Assembly (NCBI GenBank): GCA_902616715.1
Contig: CACMTR010000002.1
Location: forward strand, 68,951-132,950
From: an uncultured SAR86 cluster bacterium
GTDB taxonomy: Bacteria; Pseudomonadota; Gammaproteobacteria; Magnimaribacterales; AG-339-G14
Direction: 5' to 3'
DNA length: 64,000 nucleotides
Shown here: positions 1-9,134 of the stretch, one piece after another
Layout of the letters: every line of letters begins with the position of its first letter
Position numbering within the stretch: position 1 is the stretch's first letter
Program-made: the position numbers and the translations under genes
Notes under the pieces: generated by a model
Database searches by the model: none
Seen by the model: the letters and a program-made list of their open reading frames with translations, nothing else
What the model was told of the DNA's origin: nothing

Positions 1-956
1 ACTTTTCCAGTAGCGGTTCTTTCCTCTAAAGATTTTATTGCCCTGACAGCCTCGTCTAAAGAATAACTTTTTGTAATTTCGGGTTTAATCTTTCCTTCTG
101 CATGCAGGGCAAATAACTCTTCAAAATTTTTCGTGTTTTCTTCTGGTTCTCTCCCGGTGAAACTTCCCCAAAAAACACCAACAATTGAACAGCCTTTTAG
201 CAGGGCAAGGTTTGTTGGAACCTTTGGAATTCCCGCTGGAAAACCAATGACTAGGACTCTACCATCCCAATTAATACATCTCATGCATTGTAAAAAGATA
301 TCGCCGCCAACAGCGTCATAAATAACATCAGCTCCTAGTCCGTCGGTCATAGCTTTTACTTTTTCTTTTAACTCGCCATCGCCATAATTAATAACCTCGT
401 CAGCACCTAATCTTTTTGCGATATCTAGTTTCTCTTGGTTACTTGCAGCGGCTATAACTCTTGCGCCCATTGCCTTACCAATCTCTATCGCCGTTGTTCC
501 AACTCCACCTCCAGCACCAGTTACCAAGAGTGTTTCGCCTTTCTTAAGCTTACCTCTTTGTTTTAATGCGTAGTAAGTTGTTCCGTAGTTTAGTGGAAAA
601 GCTGCACCATCTTTATAATCCATAGTTTCTGGTAACGTCATTAGTGTGCCGGCAAAAGCTGAAACTTTTTCCGCAATCCCGCCATTTCCGATCATCGCAA
701 TCACACGATCTCCCTCTTTCCATTCAGTGACACCTTCACCTACTTCAGAGATTACTCCAGCAACTTCACCGCCCGGTGAAAAAGGAAAGGGGGGTTGGAA
801 TTGATACTTGCCTTGAATAATTAAAACATCTGGAAAGCTTACACCTGCAGCTTTAACGTCAATAATTACCATACCTGGTTCAGCTCTAGGGTCTTCTATT
901 TCTTCAACTTTGTGGGAATCTACAGGTCCAAATTCTCTACATATAAATGCTTTCAT
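1..956 (-). CDS. NADPH:quinone oxidoreductase / MDR-family oxidoreductase (3' end runs off the window)
   Basis: Not in the ORF track. Read manually from ATG at 956 with SD AAGGAG: MKAFICREFGPVDSHKVEEIEDP...KAAGVSFPDVLIIQGKYQFQPPFPFSPGGEVAG...LVTGAGGGVGTTAI, the typical Qor-like motifs. Confidence 0.9.
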   Translation of the reverse strand, partial: MKAFICREFGPVDSHKVEEIEDPRAEPGMVIIDVKAAGVSFPDVLIIQGKYQFQPPFPFSPGGEVAGVISEVGEGVTEWKEGDRVIAMIGNGGIAEKVSAFAGTLMTLPETMDYKDGAAFPLNYGTTYYALKQRGKLKKGETLLVTGAGGGVGTTAIEIGKAMGARVIAAASNQEKLDIAKRLGADEVINYGDGELKEKVKAMTDGLGADVIYDAVGGDIFLQCMRCINWDGRVLVIGFPAGIPKVPTNLALLKGCSIVGVFWGSFTGREPEENTKNFEELFALHAEGKIKPEITKSYSLDEAVRAIKSLEERTATGK

Positions 957-969
957 ATCTCTCCTTTAT

Positions 970-2523
970 TTAATTTAATGCATTTAAATAGTTTTTTAAA
1001 AAATCTGCAAATGGAATTTCTTTTTCTTTTTCTAGTTCATTAAATTTTTCTATCGAAGCAACAGCCTCTTTTTCTAAATACGATAAGTCTTTATTCAATT
1101 GAGAAAAATATTTTTTATGCTCTTTAAAAATTTCTAAATTGAATTCTGTCCAGTTAATATTGTTCTCCTTGAGAGTTTTTAAAATTTTCCCAGAGGGAGT
1201 TAAATTAGGATCTTCTATTTTTCTTTGTTGAAGCTTAAGTGTTTTACTTAAATTAGCTTTCAATTCTATTGCTTGGTCTGAAATGGAAGCGACGTAGGTA
1301 TTAATTTTTTCTAAAATAGCTTGAGCAGCTTCCTTGATGGGAACCTCTTTGCCTTTCAATAAAATTTTAAGATCGGGGTTTCTCCCGTTTTTAACGACGT
1401 TTTGCCAATTTGTTTGAATCTCTATTATTTCTTCCTTAGAAGCAATATGGCTTTCATCAGCTAAACATGTCATTAGGTAGGCTTCTAAAAAATAACTCGT
1501 TTCTGATGAAAGGCTCAGAGGGTCAAAAGGATCATTGTCCATGCATCTAACCTCGACATACTCTATTCCTTTTTCTCTTAGGACGTTTATTGGCCTTTCG
1601 CCAGAACCAACAATCCTTTTAGGTCTTATCGAGCTGTAGTACTCATTTTCTATCTGAATGATTGAATCGTTAATCTGAATGTATTCTCCATTTCTTTCAG
1701 TCCCAATTTCTTCATATCTAGGATGTTTTTTCTTTAAAGCAAATAGAAGATTTTCAACATATTCATCTAAATTATTATAGGCAATATAGAGATTATCTTG
1801 AGCGTTAGACATATAGCCCAACTCGCTCATTCTAAGGCATGTGGCATATTCTAAATAATCATCTTCGTTATTTAATTCTTTTAAGAAATTTTTCCTTCCT
1901 GCTATAAAAGTTTTTGGAACCACTGGACTTGCTCCAAAAAGATAAAGCAATAACCATGCATTCCTTCTGAAATTTCTTACCAAACTCAAATAGGATTTAT
2001 TTTTAAATTCTTTTAATGAACCAATTTCAGTACCAAGTTGTAAAAAAAATTCATCGGAGAGAGAGAAATTGTAATGGATGCCAGAAACACATTGCATCAT
2101 GCTACCGTACCTCTCGCTCAAACCTTTTCTGTATAAATTTTTAAGACGTCCTGAATTGGTAGAACCGTATTCTGCAATTCTTATTTGATTTTCATCTTTA
2201 ATTGCGCAGGGCACGCTGCTTGGCCAAATTATTTCATCACACTTTAGGTAGACATAACTTAATACATCCTCTAACTGCTCCAGTGAAGCGTCGATAGAGT
2301 TTTGTTTACTCGTTATTAACTCTAATAAAGCTTCAGAAAAATCAGTAGTTATAAATTGATTGGTTAAAGTAGAACCTAATGATTTAGGATGATCCGTTTC
2401 GGAAATAGTCGTGCCCGAAACTCTTAGAGACTCTTTTTCTATGCCTCTGAATGAGTATTTTGAAAAATCGTCAAGGTTGGAGTCTTTTAATAGGTTTAAT
2501 GTCTCTTTAAAAGATTCAGACAT
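970..2523 (-). CDS. gshA: glutamate--cysteine ligase
   Basis: RGIEKESLRV, HPKSLGSTLTNQFITTDFSEALLELIT, IQIENEYYSSIRPKR and GIEYVEVR are GshA motifs. Confidence 0.97.
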   Translation of the reverse strand: MSESFKETLNLLKDSNLDDFSKYSFRGIEKESLRVSGTTISETDHPKSLGSTLTNQFITTDFSEALLELITSKQNSIDASLEQLEDVLSYVYLKCDEIIWPSSVPCAIKDENQIRIAEYGSTNSGRLKNLYRKGLSERYGSMMQCVSGIHYNFSLSDEFFLQLGTEIGSLKEFKNKSYLSLVRNFRRNAWLLLYLFGASPVVPKTFIAGRKNFLKELNNEDDYLEYATCLRMSELGYMSNAQDNLYIAYNNLDEYVENLLFALKKKHPRYEEIGTERNGEYIQINDSIIQIENEYYSSIRPKRIVGSGERPINVLREKGIEYVEVRCMDNDPFDPLSLSSETSYFLEAYLMTCLADESHIASKEEIIEIQTNWQNVVKNGRNPDLKILLKGKEVPIKEAAQAILEKINTYVASISDQAIELKANLSKTLKLQQRKIEDPNLTPSGKILKTLKENNINWTEFNLEIFKEHKKYFSQLNKDLSYLEKEAVASIEKFNELEKEKEIPFADFLKNYLNALN

Positions 2524-2535
2524 GGGTTTAGATCT

Positions 2536-4059
2536 TTATAAGACAGGCCCAGAATTTCTTATTTCGTCTGACACCTCGAACTTAGAGATGTTTTCATTGA
2601 ACTTGGTTGCAAGTTCTTCAGCAGCTTTATTATAAAGATCTGAATTTGACCAAGTTGCTTTTGGATTCAATAAGTTTGTATCTACTCCAGGTAATTCGGT
2701 TGGTATTTCGACATTCATAATATCAAGTTTATCTCTTGAGCTATTTTCAATTTCTCCTGACTGGATTGCTTTGATTATGCTTCGGGTTGTAGGAATTTTA
2801 AATCTTGAACCGACGCCATAAGAACCACCAGTCCAGCCTGAATTTACTATGTAAACTTTGCTTCCAAAGCCTTCGATCCTTTTCATTAATAAATCAGCAT
2901 AAACCTGCGCTTTTCTTGGGAAGAAAGGAGCACCGTAACAATTAGAAAAAGTAGAATCAATATCTGAAGTGGAACCCAATTCAGTAGATCCAACTTTTGC
3001 CGTGTAACCACTCAAGAAGTGATATGCCGCTTGCTCTTTTGAGAGAATAGAAACTGGAGGCATTACACCTGATAAATCACAGGTTAAAAATATAATTGCA
3101 TTTGGCTCGCCCCCATAGTTTTTGGTTAAGTGTTGATCCACATGGCTAAGAGGGTAAACGCAACGCCCATTTTCTGTAAGGGAAGTATCCGAATAATCAG
3201 TCTCCAACGAGTTTGGGTTGAAAACTACATTTTCAATAATTGACCCGTGCTTAATTGCATTCCAAATTACGGGCTCATTTTTTTCTGACAAATCTATTGT
3301 TTTTGCGTAACAACCCCCTTCGATATTAAACACAATTCCATCACCCCAGCCATGTTCGTCGTCTCCTATCAACCATCTGTCAGGATCTGCTGAAAGCGTA
3401 GTTTTGCCAGTGCCTGATAAACCAAAAAATAGTGACACGTCCCCATCAACACCAGCATTAGCCGCACAATGCATAGAGAGGACATCGCTCTCAGGCAGAA
3501 TAAAGTTCATTACACTGAACATAGATTTTTTCATTTCACCAGCATAGGCAATACCTAAGATCAAAATTTGATTCGTTGAAAAATTTAACATAACCGTTCC
3601 ATCCGAATTTGTTCCGTGACGTTTTGGATCACAAACAAAATTAGGAGCACATCTTAAATGCCAGGTGGGTTTATTGATTGGGTTGAATGAACTTGGTCTT
3701 ATGAAAAGGCTTTGACAAAACATATTATGCCAGGCCAATTCATTTTCTACTCTGACAGGTTGGTAATGTTCCTCGCTAGCACCGACGTGAAGATCGGATG
3801 TAAAAACCGTTTTATCCTTAAGGTATTCTTCCGATTCATCCCAAAGTTTTTCAAAAATTTGAGAGTCAATAGGTTGATTGTCCTGACCCCAATTTACTAC
3901 GTCACGAGTTTTATCATCGCTGACAATAAATTTATCTGCTGGACTTCTTCCGGTTCTTTTTCCAGTTGTAACTACTAGCGCCCCGTTTTTTACAATGGTT
4001 CCTTCGCCGTTTTTTAAAGCGATTTCAAGCAGAGAATCTGATGGTAAATTATGATTCAT
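2536..4059 (-). CDS. pckA: phosphoenolpyruvate carboxykinase (ATP)
   Basis: [31 protein letters not shown] (P-loop), LIGDDEHGW and NIEGGCYAK. Confidence 0.98.
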   Translation of the reverse strand: MNHNLPSDSLLEIALKNGEGTIVKNGALVVTTGKRTGRSPADKFIVSDDKTRDVVNWGQDNQPIDSQIFEKLWDESEEYLKDKTVFTSDLHVGASEEHYQPVRVENELAWHNMFCQSLFIRPSSFNPINKPTWHLRCAPNFVCDPKRHGTNSDGTVMLNFSTNQILILGIAYAGEMKKSMFSVMNFILPESDVLSMHCAANAGVDGDVSLFFGLSGTGKTTLSADPDRWLIGDDEHGWGDGIVFNIEGGCYAKTIDLSEKNEPVIWNAIKHGSIIENVVFNPNSLETDYSDTSLTENGRCVYPLSHVDQHLTKNYGGEPNAIIFLTCDLSGVMPPVSILSKEQAAYHFLSGYTAKVGSTELGSTSDIDSTFSNCYGAPFFPRKAQVYADLLMKRIEGFGSKVYIVNSGWTGGSYGVGSRFKIPTTRSIIKAIQSGEIENSSRDKLDIMNVEIPTELPGVDTNLLNPKATWSNSDLYNKAAEELATKFNENISKFEVSDEIRNSGPVL

Positions 4060-4073
4060 ATGTCTCCCAAAAT

Positions 4074-4113
4074 TTAGGGCCGGACCAGCCCCAAAAGGTT
4101 CCTTATTATGCCA
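4074..4113 (-). promoter_or_regulatory. pckA extended -10 (TGGCATAAT) and 5'-UTR hairpin
   Basis: Minus strand TG-G-CATAAT at 4113-4105, then the hairpin UUGGGGCU-GGUCC-GGCCCUAA just upstream of the SD GGGAG. Confidence 0.45.
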
Positions 4114-4172
4114 AATTTAAATGTTATATCATACTCATAAATAGTAATATTTCCCTTCATAGGAGTTTGTGA

Positions 4173-5111
4173 ATGAACGAAGATTTAACTTTCAAAAAAG
4201 GTCAGTTTGGGTATATAGAATATAAATCTTCTAATCCTTTCGAGTTTCATCAAATCATAAAAGATTATAAAAATTCACCGCCTCAAGACGCAAAGGGTTG
4301 GCTGTTATTTCCAGAAAAATTTTCTGGCAAGTTGTCTTGCATGGTTTGTGTGCATCACAGTGGCGGCTGGGGCGGCGCTCAATACCAGATGATGATTCAG
4401 CTTCTCGAAGCAGGGTATGCAGTTTTCCAAGTTGATAGTTTCGATGCAAGAGGAGTGACAAGTACTACAGAGGATCAGTTGTCTGTGACCTATGCAATGT
4501 TAATGGCCGATGCTTATGAGGCATTGAAGTTTTTATCCAGACATCCCGATATAGATAAGAAAAAAATTGGAATTTGCGGATGGAGCCTGGGGGGTGCAGC
4601 GTCTCTATATTCTGCTTGGTTACCACTAGCTGAAAAATTAGCACCAGATGGGGAGAGATTTGCATTGCATTTGAATTACTACCCTTTAGCAATTTATTGG
4701 CCAGAAGAAATGCGCTGGTCTGATTCACCGATTCTAAATTTATTGGGGGGCAAGGACGATTACACTCCTTTCTCACTTGTCCAAAGACTAACTGAAGGGA
4801 TTAAAGATAAAGGAGGTGATTGTAGATATATACTTTACGAAGAAGGACTTCATGGATTTGATTCTGTAATGCCGAAAACTTTTTGGCCTGATTCCATCGT
4901 TCCAAATACCGAAAAATTTGCAAGAATTGACAAGGAAGGCGATATCACTTACGAAACTGACGACGGTGAAATTTTACCGGGCAACACAATGGAGGATAGA
5001 ATCGTTTTATTCGAAAAAATTGCGGCTCTGGGAGCCTGGACTGGCGGAAACTGGGACATTAGAAAAGCAGCCAAAAAAGATGCGTTTGAGTTTATAGACA
5101 AATTCTTATAG
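4173..5111 (+). CDS. dienelactone hydrolase-family alpha/beta hydrolase
   Basis: HHSGG oxyanion region, GWSLGG nucleophile elbow, GGKDD and HGFD catalytic Asp/His. Confidence 0.85.
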   Translation: MNEDLTFKKGQFGYIEYKSSNPFEFHQIIKDYKNSPPQDAKGWLLFPEKFSGKLSCMVCVHHSGGWGGAQYQMMIQLLEAGYAVFQVDSFDARGVTSTTEDQLSVTYAMLMADAYEALKFLSRHPDIDKKKIGICGWSLGGAASLYSAWLPLAEKLAPDGERFALHLNYYPLAIYWPEEMRWSDSPILNLLGGKDDYTPFSLVQRLTEGIKDKGGDCRYILYEEGLHGFDSVMPKTFWPDSIVPNTEKFARIDKEGDITYETDDGEILPGNTMEDRIVLFEKIAALGAWTGGNWDIRKAAKKDAFEFIDKFL

Positions 5112-5498
5112 TTAGAAGATGAATTCTCTTCTTGAGTAACGCCAGTAAGCTATTAAGAAGACAATTAGTTCATTTATAAAAATCAATGCTGAAGTTCCAT
5201 AAAAACTGCCGTCTAAGCCAAAGCTTAACAATCTGCCAATTAAAAAACTTCCCATCAAAATCGCAAAAGTTAAATAAACTTTTTTTCTTAAATTTACATT
5301 AAAAATACTCATCAGTGACATCAAGCCCAAGATAGTAAAGAAAGCATATAACGCTCGAGTTTCGTTCAAATAAAGATTTGATTCAGAATAAGATGTTACT
5401 CCGAGCATTCCCGCAATAATGTCAGGAAAAAACAGACCGAGGACACCAAAACCAAACCATTCCAATCCAAACAATGTAAGAAAAATTTTGTCTAACAT
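5112..5498 (-). CDS. small integral membrane protein (DUF4345-like)
   Basis: Four hydrophobic segments, with NETRALY and GRLLSFGLDG motifs. Confidence 0.7.
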   Translation of the reverse strand: MLDKIFLTLFGLEWFGFGVLGLFFPDIIAGMLGVTSYSESNLYLNETRALYAFFTILGLMSLMSIFNVNLRKKVYLTFAILMGSFLIGRLLSFGLDGSFYGTSALIFINELIVFLIAYWRYSRREFIF

Positions 5499-5572
5499 AT
5501 TCCTTAAAATTTAATTAAATATAGTATAAGTTAAATACTTTCTAGAAAAAAAATTTAATTTAAAGCTAATAA

Positions 5573-6433
5573 ATGAATCAAAAGCTTACTCTTTATCATG
5601 CCCATTGGTCATTATGTAGTCAAATGGTCAGAGTAGCTTTATATGAAAAGGGATTGCAATTTAAAAGTGAGAGAATAAAGCTTTGCGATCACAGCGACGA
5701 GGCTGGAAATCTAGCTGACGATTTTCTTAAAAATATAAATCCCACTGCTGTTGTCCCAGTTTTGAAACTTAATGATGAGATTATTCGTGACAGTGCTTAT
5801 ATTATTGAAAGAATTGATAACCTAGAGGGTGATAACGAGATAAATCTTTGGCCTCAAGATCCTCTTAAAAGAAGAGAGCTGAAAAAATGGGTAGAAGATA
5901 CCACTATCACTGAAGGCGTGGGAATGGGAAAAAGTTTGGGGACTATGGTTCCATTGTTTTCTACTGGTTTAATAGAGGATCTCATTAAAAATTTAAAATT
6001 TAGTTCAATCTTGAGGATAATTTTTAAACATCCAAGAAGAGATAGGAAAATTGCTTTTTTAATGATGTATTTTTTTTCTTTAAAACAACGAATCGGGCCT
6101 ATTGTTTACAATAGATTTACTAGAGAAATAATTGCGCTTGAAAAAAATTTAATAGATAAGAATTTTTTATTAGGTGAATTTAGTCACGCCGATATTAATT
6201 TGATGTGTTGTTTTAACAGATTAACGGAAATGAAAATGGAAAGCCTCTTGGAGATGAAAGAATTACCAAATGTTGCCGAATACTGGCAAAACTTAAAGGC
6301 TAGAACTAGCTATCAGAAAGGAATTCTTGATTATCCTGATCACGAGGAAATGTTAGAAAAAATTTTTAATTCTGGACCAAATCCACACTTAGAGGTCATT
6401 CAGAATAAAATAATTGAGAAATTAAGTTCTTAA
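5573..6433 (+). CDS. glutathione S-transferase family protein
   Basis: SLCSQMVRVAL, INPTAVVPVL, DSAYI and FLLGEFSHADI. Confidence 0.9.
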   Translation: MNQKLTLYHAHWSLCSQMVRVALYEKGLQFKSERIKLCDHSDEAGNLADDFLKNINPTAVVPVLKLNDEIIRDSAYIIERIDNLEGDNEINLWPQDPLKRRELKKWVEDTTITEGVGMGKSLGTMVPLFSTGLIEDLIKNLKFSSILRIIFKHPRRDRKIAFLMMYFFSLKQRIGPIVYNRFTREIIALEKNLIDKNFLLGEFSHADINLMCCFNRLTEMKMESLLEMKELPNVAEYWQNLKARTSYQKGILDYPDHEEMLEKIFNSGPNPHLEVIQNKIIEKLSS

Positions 6434-6465
6434 CTTTTAAATTCGAAAATTTGTAACTTCCGTAC

Positions 6466-6494
6466 TTGATTGTCCAGTTTTTTGGGAGGATACT
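6466..6494 (+). promoter_or_regulatory. putative sigma70 promoter
   Basis: TTGATT-N17-GATACT upstream of the lipoprotein gene. Confidence 0.4.
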
Positions 6495-6529
6495 TAATGT
6501 TCATTTTAATTTTAACGGAGAGTACAAAA

Positions 6530-7339
6530 ATGAAAAATAAGTTATACATTTTAACTTTGATCACAACTCTAACCATTTTTTCTGCATGCAGTTCTGAGCC
6601 AGAAATGACTTATGCAGATCTTGGATCCGAAGAATATCCCCAAAAATTTTATATGGAATATGTTCCATGCACTTATGGCGAAAATTGGTCAGTAGAAAAT
6701 TTTAATAGCGATATGCTTCCCGAGTGGCAAGACTTGTTGGTCGAAACTAATTCAACCTTAGTAGCAGCTTACGGAATTACTTTCGAAGGCGATAAACCAG
6801 AAGATGCACCTGGCGATGGTTTTTGGCAACTGGTATGGAATTCTAAAGCTGATGCAGAGGCAGGTTGGGAAACCTGGGAAGGTTATGATAAAACAGCTGA
6901 GTGGGCAGAATCCACTGCTGACATTCTGGCTTGTGGTTCGAAAGCGGATACTTTCTCTTTTGATGCATACATAAGAAGAGATAGAGATGCTTTAGGAACT
7001 TTTGATTTGTCTTCTTTTTCTTCAGATTATCAACAATGTTCATATAACGAAGGACAAGGAGCAGATGAATTAATCGCGGTTATCGATCAATTTGAGGCTT
7101 GGATAGAAGCTGACCAAAACTCGTTAGGCGCGCCTTACACTTATGCAGTTTTGGCACCTGATTATGAGACAGAAGAATTAGATTTTTTCTGGGGTAATTT
7201 TCATCAGTCTGCCGAATTAAGAGATGCAGGCAACGCAAACTTTTTAGCTACTGGCATGGACGTTCAAAACGCATTTGATGAAGTAGTTAGTTGTGAAACA
7301 CCTGTAAATTACAATTCAGGCGAAATACCTTTAACTTAA
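6530..7339 (+). CDS. acidic lipoprotein of unknown function with two internally repeated Cys-bracketed domains
   Basis: Start moved to ATG 6530 (SD GGAG; MKNKLY...FSAC lipobox). The two halves are similar: EYVPC...FWQLVWNS...ILAC and DYQQC...FFWGNFHQS...VVSC. Confidence 0.8.
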   Translation: MKNKLYILTLITTLTIFSACSSEPEMTYADLGSEEYPQKFYMEYVPCTYGENWSVENFNSDMLPEWQDLLVETNSTLVAAYGITFEGDKPEDAPGDGFWQLVWNSKADAEAGWETWEGYDKTAEWAESTADILACGSKADTFSFDAYIRRDRDALGTFDLSSFSSDYQQCSYNEGQGADELIAVIDQFEAWIEADQNSLGAPYTYAVLAPDYETEELDFFWGNFHQSAELRDAGNANFLATGMDVQNAFDEVVSCETPVNYNSGEIPLT

Positions 7340-7347
7340 AGCTTTTT

Positions 7348-7376
7348 AAAAAGGCTGCTTCGGCAGCCTTTTTTTT
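7348..7376. terminator. bidirectional rho-independent terminator
   Basis: AAAAAGGCTGC-TTCG-GCAGCCTTTTTTTT between convergent genes. Confidence 0.93.
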
Positions 7377-8319
7377 AGAAAATTCCAAGGACTCTTTCAA
7401 TTAACCAAAAACTGCCCATTCCACCAATAGCATAAGATGATAGTTTGGTTACGGAAAAATTTAGCTTTACCTTTTGGAGCAGCCAAATAATTATTAAAAA
7501 AATTGGAATCATTATTAGCTGCCCTATTTCGATGCCAATATTGAAGAAAAGCAAAGAAAGTAATAATTGTTCATTAGCAATTCCAATTTCACTCAATGCT
7601 CCTGCAAAACCAAAACCATGAAGTAAGCCAAATGCAAAGGCCATAATCCATGGAGTACGATTTTTCTCTTTATCCTCGCTTATTTCTAGAGCTAAATAAA
7701 TAATAGTTAGAGCAATCAATGCTTCAATAGTAATAGACGGTAAGCTCACAATCTCAAATACAGATAAACCTAATGTAATACTGTGAGCTAAAGTGAAAGC
7801 GGTGATGGTTTTTATTAAATTTTGCCAACCAAAAACAATAAATAGTAATCCAAAGACAAAGAGAAGATGATCAGGCCCGCCGATTAAATGCTCAATTCCC
7901 AAGGCAAAATAACCTGTTGGAAAAACTTGCGCCTCTTTTGGAATGGTTAATTTGGAGTCTTTTAAGCTAACCAAGCCCTCAAATCTTTCTCCATTTAAAA
8001 ATTTAATAGTAACTAAGGCATCATTTAAAATTGACAATCCATTAATAAAAATACTTTTCCCTTTAATTGAATTAGTACATTGCATGGATATTTTTTCAGT
8101 CAAATATTTACTTTCTTGAAAAGCTTCGATTGAATTGGATTCGCAATCTTTCGGCAAAGATAAACTCACAGGCCCCAAATTTCGAATGGGATACATCCAA
8201 GTTACATCGTACTTGAAATCTTCTTTCTCATTGATAACAAGATGTGCTGGATTAAATTCATGACCATTAATTGCTGAAGATAAGAATAAAAGGATCAAAC
8301 AAAAATAAAATTTATTCAC
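7375..8319 (-). CDS. HupE/UreJ-family membrane protein (putative Ni/Co metal permease)
   Basis: Signal peptide followed by HE, then GIEHLIGGPDHLLF, FTLAHSITL, FGLLHGFGFA and FNIGIEIGQ. Confidence 0.9.
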   Translation of the reverse strand: MNKFYFCLILLFLSSAINGHEFNPAHLVINEKEDFKYDVTWMYPIRNLGPVSLSLPKDCESNSIEAFQESKYLTEKISMQCTNSIKGKSIFINGLSILNDALVTIKFLNGERFEGLVSLKDSKLTIPKEAQVFPTGYFALGIEHLIGGPDHLLFVFGLLFIVFGWQNLIKTITAFTLAHSITLGLSVFEIVSLPSITIEALIALTIIYLALEISEDKEKNRTPWIMAFAFGLLHGFGFAGALSEIGIANEQLLLSLLFFNIGIEIGQLIMIPIFLIIIWLLQKVKLNFSVTKLSSYAIGGMGSFWLIERVLGIF

Positions 8320-9121
8320 TGTAAGTTTGTCTTAAGTTTCGGCTAATAATAACTTCATAATCCTCTTTCAATTCGTCAAGATAGTTTGATAGAGCCGAAT
8401 CCTTTCTTGCTAACTCTAGATCTACCAATACTCTTGGTTTGATTTCCTCAAGTTCGGGTATTCTTGCGTCTTGAAATCCTACTAATTTTATTAAGTGACT
8501 TCCGTAGGTCGATTCAACGGGTTTAGACCATTCATTTAGTTTAAGTTTTTCAAACTCTAATGAAAAATCTATCCCAAAATCTTTTCTCAATTCTTTAGAG
8601 CTTTTATTTGTAAAATTTTTACCTAGAAAAAAAACGTCTCCTTTAATTTCTTGAGACTTATCTAAAAGAGCTTTAGCGTTTTGTGCTCTAGTCGAACCTT
8701 CATCCTCTTTAGAGAAATAAATATGAGTGAAATCGTACTGTGCGGGGATTAAATATTTATCAAGATTGCTTTTATAAAATTCTGAAATCTCTAAATCCGT
8801 GAGTTTGGTTCCTTTCGATTCTTGTTTCAAAAACATCAACTTCTGAGCTAAACGTCTTTTAATGATTTGGTCGTTAGCGTCCAATCCTAATCTTAGTGCT
8901 TCTCGATAAAGAATTTCTTCCTCTATTAAATTATCTATGATCGCTTTTGCTTCATCAGGATTTGGGTTTCGACCTACTTGCAATGCCCAAGAGTTCATGA
9001 GGCTATAAATTTCCTCTTCGGTTACATAAATTAATTTGTCGTCTTTAAATTTGGAAAATGTTAAATCCAAACCAAGAATTAAAACTCCAATAACAAGAAA
9101 AATAGCTATTTTGCGAAGCAT
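8312..9121 (-). CDS. PpiC/parvulin-type peptidyl-prolyl isomerase (membrane anchored)
   Basis: EEEILYREALRLGLD, IIKRRLAQK, FTHIYF and WSKPVESTYGSHL. Confidence 0.85.
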   Translation of the reverse strand: MLRKIAIFLVIGVLILGLDLTFSKFKDDKLIYVTEEEIYSLMNSWALQVGRNPNPDEAKAIIDNLIEEEILYREALRLGLDANDQIIKRRLAQKLMFLKQESKGTKLTDLEISEFYKSNLDKYLIPAQYDFTHIYFSKEDEGSTRAQNAKALLDKSQEIKGDVFFLGKNFTNKSSKELRKDFGIDFSLEFEKLKLNEWSKPVESTYGSHLIKLVGFQDARIPELEEIKPRVLVDLELARKDSALSNYLDELKEDYEVIISRNLRQTYSE

Positions 9122-9134
9122 TCTTTAAAAAGAA

